A stretch of 64,000 nucleotides of DNA, taken from an uncultured Gammaproteobacteria bacterium. Its GTDB lineage: Bacteria; Pseudomonadota; Gammaproteobacteria; CAZYYU01. Location: positions 31,945 through 95,944 of the forward strand of contig CAZYYU010000006.1 in NCBI GenBank assembly GCA_964651735.1, written 5' to 3'. The position numbers and the translations under genes were made by a program. Shown here in pieces: positions 58,417-64,000 of the stretch. Below the pieces are notes generated by a model. It did no database searches. It was not told where the DNA came from and saw only the letters and a program-made list of their open reading frames with translations. Within the stretch, counting starts at the first letter, position 1; each line of letters starts with the position of its first letter.

Positions 58417-59697
58417 GTGCGGGTGAAGAAAATATTAAGGACAAATCAAGTTTTAATCAGTGTCATCATACTGATATTTGCTTTCATCCAATGGTCGCCC
58501 ATGTCTTTTGCGCAAGCCCTGATTAAGAGTCTGCAGGTTTCAACAAAATCGCAACAAGCCTCTTTGGTTTTCGAGTTGGATAATGAGTTTACTTATCGTT
58601 CTTTCAAATTAGCGGATCCTGATCGTTTGGTGATTGATTTTATTGATGTGAAAAATGCGGTGGATTTTAATAAAGTGAATTTATCTAATACACCCGTTGA
58701 TAAAATTCGATCGGGTATTCATGAAAACAAATATGAACGCATCGTTTTGGATTTGAATAAAAATTATCCTCATAAAATTATTGAAGTCGATAGAGATGAG
58801 AGTAGGGGGCCGCGCTTAGTTATCGAGTTCCAATATGCTATCAAGCAAGTCTTAAAGAAAGAGGAGCAACCTGTTGTTATTGTTAAGAATTCTGCTTCTA
58901 AACCGAAGCCGACTGTGGTTGCTTTGGAGCCGGATACTAATCGTGACATTATTGTGGTGATAGACCCAGGTCATGGGGGTAAAGATCCTGGAGCCACAGG
59001 TCCCTTTGGCTCACGTGAAAAAGATATTGTCTTGGCGATTGCCAAAAAATTGCAAGCGGAAATCAATCAACAGCCAGGATTTAAAGCGATCTTGACGAGG
59101 AGTGGTGATTATTATTTGGGATTGAGGCAACGTTTAAATTTGGCTCATAAACATAAAGCAGATATGTTCGTGGCCATTCATGCCGATGCCTATAAACATC
59201 AACATGCTGCTGGTGCAGCGGTCTATGCCTTGTCCGAGCACGGTGCAACCAGTGAGGCGGCCAGATGGCTAGCGCAGCGTGAAAATGAATCGGAATTAGT
59301 GGGTGGAGTGGATTTGACGGATAAAGATAAAATACTCAAATCTGTTTTACTGGATTTATCACAAACTTATTCGATTGGAGTGAGTCTTACGATGGGCTCG
59401 AATATTTTAGAGCAAATGTCGAAGTTTTCGCCCTTACATCATGATAAAGTGGAACAAGCAGCCTTTGTGGTTCTCAAATCCCCCGATATTCCCTCGCTGC
59501 TGATCGAAACTGGATTTTTATCCAACCCTCGTGAAGAGGCTAAATTACGCACTCCTGAATATCAGGGGCGAGTGGCTGTTGCCTTGATGAGTGGAATTAA
59601 AAGTTATTTTGTAAACAACCCACCTCGGGGAACATCATTAGCTATGTTGCGGGAGCGTAATAATGAAAATCAAATCCCTAGACCCCTTACTCGCTAA
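58417..59697 (+). CDS. amiB: N-acetylmuramoyl-L-alanine amidase (AMIN + Amidase_3)
   Basis: Signal peptide and AMIN-like N-terminal domain (RLVIDF), IDPGHGGKDPGA, and HADA. Position nnr-tsaE-amiB-mutL as in E. coli. Confidence 0.9.
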   Translation: MRVKKILRTNQVLISVIILIFAFIQWSPMSFAQALIKSLQVSTKSQQASLVFELDNEFTYRSFKLADPDRLVIDFIDVKNAVDFNKVNLSNTPVDKIRSGIHENKYERIVLDLNKNYPHKIIEVDRDESRGPRLVIEFQYAIKQVLKKEEQPVVIVKNSASKPKPTVVALEPDTNRDIIVVIDPGHGGKDPGATGPFGSREKDIVLAIAKKLQAEINQQPGFKAILTRSGDYYLGLRQRLNLAHKHKADMFVAIHADAYKHQHAAGAAVYALSEHGATSEAARWLAQRENESELVGGVDLTDKDKILKSVLLDLSQTYSIGVSLTMGSNILEQMSKFSPLHHDKVEQAAFVVLKSPDIPSLLIETGFLSNPREEAKLRTPEYQGRVAVALMSGIKSYFVNNPPRGTSLAMLRERNNENQIPRPLTR

Positions 59698-61480
59698 TCA
59701 AATTGCGGCGGGTGAGGTCGTTGAGCGACCCGCTTCTGTGGTTAAAGAGTTAGTGGAAAACAGTATTGATGCCGGTGCCACACATATTGAAATTGACATT
59801 GAGCAAGGTGGAAAGGGGCTCATCAGAATTCGAGATAATGGCAGTGGAATTTTAAAAGACGATTTACACTTAGCCTTGTCTCGACATGCCACCAGTAAAA
59901 TCGAAAATTTGTCGGATTTAGAAAATGTCTTGAGCTTGGGTTTTAGAGGTGAGGCGCTGGCCAGTGTAAGTGCGGTATCTCGATTAACCCTAACCTCCAA
60001 AACAGCTGAACAAGAGACGGCCTGGTCTATTAAAGCAGAGGGTCGATTACCGGATACTAGCTTAAGTCCAGCTTCTCATCCTGTGGGCACCACCGTTGAA
60101 GTCAGGGATTTATTTTTTAATACCCCAGCACGGCGAAAATTTTTAAAGGGTGATAAAACAGAATCTCAACATATTGAAACTTTGATAAAACGTTTATCAA
60201 TCAGTTGCTTCCCTGTAAGTCTTCAACTGAAATCTCAACAAAAAGAGCTGCTCAATTTACCGGCTGCAAGCTCCATGGCTGAGTTTGAACAGCGTATTGC
60301 AAAAGTGTGTGGACAAGCCTTTATAGACAATGCCATTGCCTTTGAAAAAGAAGTGGCGGGTCTAAAACTGTGGGGGTGGATAGGATTACCGACCTTTTCC
60401 AGAAGTCAGAGTGATATGCAATATTTTTATGTGAATGGGCGTTTTGTGCGAGATAAGTTGTTGATTCATGCTGTTCGTCAAGCCTATCAGGATGTGCTGT
60501 ATCAGGGACGACAGCCGGTTTTTGTTTTGTTTTTAGATATTGATCCTAGTGTCGTGGATGTGAATGTACATCCGACCAAGCATGAGGTGCGGTTTAGGGA
60601 TGCTAAGATGGTTCATGATATTGTGCGTAGGACTTTGAAAGAGGTGATTGGGCAGGTGCGACCTGGTCATGTTCAGAATCAGAATGAGGCGGCCTTTATC
60701 CCCCCCTCCGCCCCTTTGGGGCACCTCCCCCCTGAGGGGGGAGGATTATCTTTTGCTCCCCCTTCCGGGGGGAGCTGTCGACCTCTTCCAATTCACTCTT
60801 CAATCATCAAAGAGCAACTAGCCCTCTACAGCACCCAGCAAGCTCCAAATCGCACACACGCTCCCATCGACACTACAACAGCTCCACCCCCCGAAATCCC
60901 ACCCCTAGGCTACGCCATAGCCCAACTCCACGGCATCTACATCCTCGCCCAAAACGAAAAGGGCTTAGTCCTCATTGATATGCACGCCGCTCACGAACGT
61001 ATCTCATACGAACGCCTCAAAAAAGCCTGCTCTCTAGGAAATGTACCAGCTCAAGACTTACTCATTCCCCTGACATTCAATGTCAACGAAGAAGAAGCAA
61101 CCCTCGCAGAAGAGCGCTCAGAGGATTTTGCGACCTTAGGCCTAAAGGTCGAGCGCATTGCTCAAGATCTCCTTGCCATCCGATCAGTTCCCAGTATTTT
61201 ACAAGACGCCAATGCCGAGCAACTCGTCAGAGATGTGATTGCCGATTTTATGACTTATGAAGACAGTTCTCGAATCCAAGAACATATGAATGAGATATTG
61301 GCAACGATGGCCTGTCATGGCTCGGTCCGCGCTAATCGAAAATTAACGATCATGGAAATGAATGCTATCTTAAGGGATATGGAAGTTACCGAGAGAAGTG
61401 GGCAGTGTAATCATGGTCGCCCAACCTGGATTCAGATGAGCTTAGAAGAACTTGATAAACTGTTTTTAAGAGGCAGGTAA
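59663..61480 (+). CDS. mutL: DNA mismatch repair protein MutL
   Basis: NQIAAGEVVERPASVVKELVENSIDAG, DNGSGI and GFRGEAL. C-terminal domain QLHGIYILAQNEKGLVLIDMHAAHERI and ACHGSVRAN. The linker carries the GC-rich repeat. Confidence 0.96.
   Translation: MKIKSLDPLLANQIAAGEVVERPASVVKELVENSIDAGATHIEIDIEQGGKGLIRIRDNGSGILKDDLHLALSRHATSKIENLSDLENVLSLGFRGEALASVSAVSRLTLTSKTAEQETAWSIKAEGRLPDTSLSPASHPVGTTVEVRDLFFNTPARRKFLKGDKTESQHIETLIKRLSISCFPVSLQLKSQQKELLNLPAASSMAEFEQRIAKVCGQAFIDNAIAFEKEVAGLKLWGWIGLPTFSRSQSDMQYFYVNGRFVRDKLLIHAVRQAYQDVLYQGRQPVFVLFLDIDPSVVDVNVHPTKHEVRFRDAKMVHDIVRRTLKEVIGQVRPGHVQNQNEAAFIPPSAPLGHLPPEGGGLSFAPPSGGSCRPLPIHSSIIKEQLALYSTQQAPNRTHAPIDTTTAPPPEIPPLGYAIAQLHGIYILAQNEKGLVLIDMHAAHERISYERLKKACSLGNVPAQDLLIPLTFNVNEEEATLAEERSEDFATLGLKVERIAQDLLAIRSVPSILQDANAEQLVRDVIADFMTYEDSSRIQEHMNEILATMACHGSVRANRKLTIMEMNAILRDMEVTERSGQCNHGRPTWIQMSLEELDKLFLRGR
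60700..60744 (-). repeat. GC-rich palindromic module (inverted orientation) inside the mutL linker coding region
   Basis: ccccccctccgcccctttggggcacctcccccctgaggggggagg is the reverse complement of the 48168-type module. Confidence 0.85.
60755..60775. repeat. Accessory GC-rich hairpin next to the mutL module
   Basis: gctccccc-ttcc-ggggggagc, translated as APPSGGS. Confidence 0.6.
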
Positions 61481-61506
61481 CAGGAGAGAAAAATATCTCC
61501 TGTTAC
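61477..61506. terminator. Bidirectional hairpin between convergent mutL and 61521(-) gene
   Basis: gtaacaggaga-gaaaaata-tctcctgttac: 11-bp perfect stem overlapping the mutL stop codon. Confidence 0.6.
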
Positions 61507-61520
61507 CAAATTCTCACTCA

Positions 61521-62153
61521 TTAAGGCGAAACATATGTTACTGGAAAACTAAAACTGAGGTTTTCAAGAATGCCTATAGGCGTAACATAGGCTGCAATTG
61601 ATATATTTCCAAATGCTAGAATGTTTAAACCTGATCCGGCGAGGATTGTTTGCAGACTAGTTGCTCCTACTACTCCAGGGGTTAGATTAGGATTATTTGC
61701 AGAAACTAGAAATCCTTTTGAATAGATGGAATTTTGTCCAGCAAAGCCATTCAAAACAAGGCTTTCATCCGCTTGTTCTAACACGGTATTACTAGCTGGA
61801 AATGGTGCCGTGACTCCGTAAGCTACTATTCGTGTTCCTGTGCAACGCCATTGACCTACACTTTTCGGTGTAGTTAAAGCATTACCAAAAACATCATAGG
61901 TACCTGCTGGAAAAACTGATCCTACCAATAAAAAGGTGGATCCAGCTGGCACTACAGTGGCTGGATTAGAAACAATACCAGACCCCGTGTTTGCATAGAA
62001 TAAACCACCATTTGAAGGTGAAACTAGTACTTGCAATTGGTTTGTGGTAACTAAGGCACCGGATCCGGCCATTACTTGAAAGGACAAAGCAAACAATAAT
62101 AGGGACATTAAGGTCAAGGAAGCCAGTTTAGTGCTCAATGTATAGGTGTTCAT
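61521..62153 (-). CDS. Secreted beta-rich hypothetical protein
   Basis: Signal peptide ..LLLFALSFQVMAGSGA with SD aaggag. Gly/Ser/Thr/Asn/Val-rich. No recognisable motif. Confidence 0.7.
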   Translation of the reverse strand: MNTYTLSTKLASLTLMSLLLFALSFQVMAGSGALVTTNQLQVLVSPSNGGLFYANTGSGIVSNPATVVPAGSTFLLVGSVFPAGTYDVFGNALTTPKSVGQWRCTGTRIVAYGVTAPFPASNTVLEQADESLVLNGFAGQNSIYSKGFLVSANNPNLTPGVVGATSLQTILAGSGLNILAFGNISIAAYVTPIGILENLSFSFPVTYVSP

Positions 62154-62377
62154 ACTATGTACTCCTTAAATATGTACTGTGTCCTTACACTCAGCGTTCA
62201 TCCTAAACTAGCAAAGTTCATGTATTTTTCTGCTTAATTTCATTATAGCATATTTGGGTATTTTCAATCCGATATTCATGAATAATAGGGCGGGAATGGC
62301 CTGTTGTCCCCTATAAATAATTATGATAATATACTAAATTATAGCAATTTTTCTAACTTATATCAGAGGTTGATATT

Positions 62378-63283
62378 ATGGCTAGTTTAGATCTAGAGGA
62401 AGACGATAGGGAGAAACAAAATGAAGATGCTCAAACGAAAAGAATTAAAGAGATTTTAGTAGAATTACTAGTCACTGATGTATTCGCCTCAGCTAAGACC
62501 TTTACTATTCTCGAGGAGAAGGACGCCGAATTAGGAAATTATAGCCAAGCTTTATTGAAAGAAGTAGGCAGACGATATTATTTAGATCCTCCCTTATTGT
62601 TTGGGAGATTGTATGTTAAAGAAAGGTTTTGGGCCCAATCTTTACTTGAAATTGTAGATAAGTATCAGCATATTAAAAAGTTAAAGAAGCTGAAGAATAT
62701 TTGTATCATCGTAGAAGCTATTCGAGATGGAAGATCGCAATTCCAAAATCAAAATTTATCAGAGACGGTATTTAATGATGCTGATGAGTTGCAAGAACTG
62801 CGAGAACACCTGTGGTTTTTTCTGGCAAGTCATCAAGATAATGGAGTTTCTTCCATTGAGGCATTTGACAAAATTGCAAAACACGCTGCTCGATATTTAC
62901 ATAGCGATTGGGACACCGATCGTGCACAAGCAGGTAATGAAAAATACGCACAATTGGTTCAATTATTTCAAGCGATCAGAAACATTGATGATTTTGATGC
63001 CATAGAAAGATTAACAAAAATACGAGCTTTGATTATCGCTGAGCTTGAAGCGGATCCGGATGAAAATAATCTCATTTCTAATCGAGGTGGATTTTTTGGT
63101 GCTTATAAAACGATGAGTAAGTGCTTAAATAAACTTGGTTTTCTACATTATTCCTATAAGGGCAGAACAGCTATTTCCACGACAGATCATTTGCTAATTG
63201 AGTTAGTTGATACGATTAACGAACACCTGATGAACTTAGGGGTTGAGGATCCAGATCAACTGCCTCGTGTTGAAGTACTGTAG
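62378..63283 (+). CDS. Hypothetical helical protein (effector-like orphan)
   Basis: 301-aa ORF with SD agagg. Acidic N-terminus. No recognisable motif. Confidence 0.7.
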   Translation: MASLDLEEDDREKQNEDAQTKRIKEILVELLVTDVFASAKTFTILEEKDAELGNYSQALLKEVGRRYYLDPPLLFGRLYVKERFWAQSLLEIVDKYQHIKKLKKLKNICIIVEAIRDGRSQFQNQNLSETVFNDADELQELREHLWFFLASHQDNGVSSIEAFDKIAKHAARYLHSDWDTDRAQAGNEKYAQLVQLFQAIRNIDDFDAIERLTKIRALIIAELEADPDENNLISNRGGFFGAYKTMSKCLNKLGFLHYSYKGRTAISTTDHLLIELVDTINEHLMNLGVEDPDQLPRVEVL

Positions 63284-63291
63284 GTTTAGTT

Positions 63292-64000
63292 ATGGCCTCC
63301 ACTAGTGAAGAGAAAACCCCCATCGATTTGTACAAAGTGATTGATTATCCTTTCACTCGGCAATTTGGATTTGGACGTTTTTTTGATTTTAAGGATTATT
63401 TTACTCGAGAACTTAAGCCGCATTTATTTTTATTGATTGAAGGGCAAAATATCAGTTTCGTTGATGTGCTCTTTAATAAGAAAGAACATAATAAATTAGT
63501 CAGTTTATACCGTATTTTTGAGGAAAGCTTAAAATTAAGCGAGCTTGATGAGGAATCCCTCGAGCACATTAAAATACTTTCCTCTCGTTATTTCTCAAAC
63601 ATTCAATATGCTCGACAGATGGAATATGATCCTGCTACTGCCTGGGATAATTCTCTTAAAGTGCGGATGTCTGCTTTTGTTAATTTCACCACGAAAAAGA
63701 AAAATGCTTTTTTTGATGAGTTAATTGAAGTATTGCAGGACACTTTTGATCATCCGAATGGAAAAATGCCGGATGAGGTGAAGAGTTGTTTTGTACATCT
63801 TGACCGTTTAAATGATGAATTATTGGATGATTTTGTAGAGTATCTTTTAGAGCAAAATGCTGACTTGAGTGAAAATATGCTTAAAGATGCTTCACTCCCA
63901 AATCGAATTTTTCAGGTCTTTGAAAGTAAAAAAACAAGAGTAGATTCTGATCAAAGCCATCATCAAGACTGTAGTCATGATGAAAACAGCGAACATTCTA
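63292..64000 (+). CDS. Hypothetical protein, 3'-truncated by the window end (absent from the ORF track)
   Basis: My own translation from ATG 63292 (frame 1) gives MASTSEEKTPIDLYKVIDYPFTRQFGFGRFFDF...SHHQDCSHDENSEHS. It has no stop through nt 64000 (236 codons). Confidence 0.65.
   Translation, partial: MASTSEEKTPIDLYKVIDYPFTRQFGFGRFFDFKDYFTRELKPHLFLLIEGQNISFVDVLFNKKEHNKLVSLYRIFEESLKLSELDEESLEHIKILSSRYFSNIQYARQMEYDPATAWDNSLKVRMSAFVNFTTKKKNAFFDELIEVLQDTFDHPNGKMPDEVKSCFVHLDRLNDELLDDFVEYLLEQNADLSENMLKDASLPNRIFQVFESKKTRVDSDQSHHQDCSHDENSEHS

Overview
AT-rich gammaproteobacterial chromosome segment. Conserved gene blocks include tRNA-Leu-tig-clpP-clpX-lon, rluD/bamD, mutY-yggX/trmB, rpsU-yqeY-dnaG-rpoD with divergent tsaD, and nnr-tsaE-amiB-mutL. 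Between these housekeeping blocks sit orphan and eukaryotic-like genes: a U-box E3-ligase-like protein, two ankyrin-repeat proteins, a possible LRAT-like permuted papain-fold protein, an ML/NPC2-like secreted protein, and several coiled-coil or membrane orphans. This mix is typical of an intracellular Legionellales-type bacterium; that placement is inference, not a database result. I found 3 tRNAs (Leu-UAG, Phe-GAA, CAU type) and no rRNA, CRISPR array, transposase, integrase or phage genes. Structure not explained by the genes: (1) A ~45-bp GC-rich palindromic module occurs in three full copies. Two of them are translated in frame, in the same orientation and frame, inside tamA and mutL; the third lies at a break in the rpsU-dnaG-rpoD operon. 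(2) A ~195-213-bp nested-palindrome MITE-like element has four copies, each wedged against the 3' end of a + strand CDS, and one supplies the last codons and stop of a gene. (3) An abrupt G>C to C>>G compositional and synonymous-codon flip occurs inside mutL directly after the palindromic insertion. (4) A 113-bp hairpin with 30-bp arms lies between the divergent NAD genes pncB and nnr. All coordinates and motif calls were read by eye from the sequence and ORF track. No searches were run.
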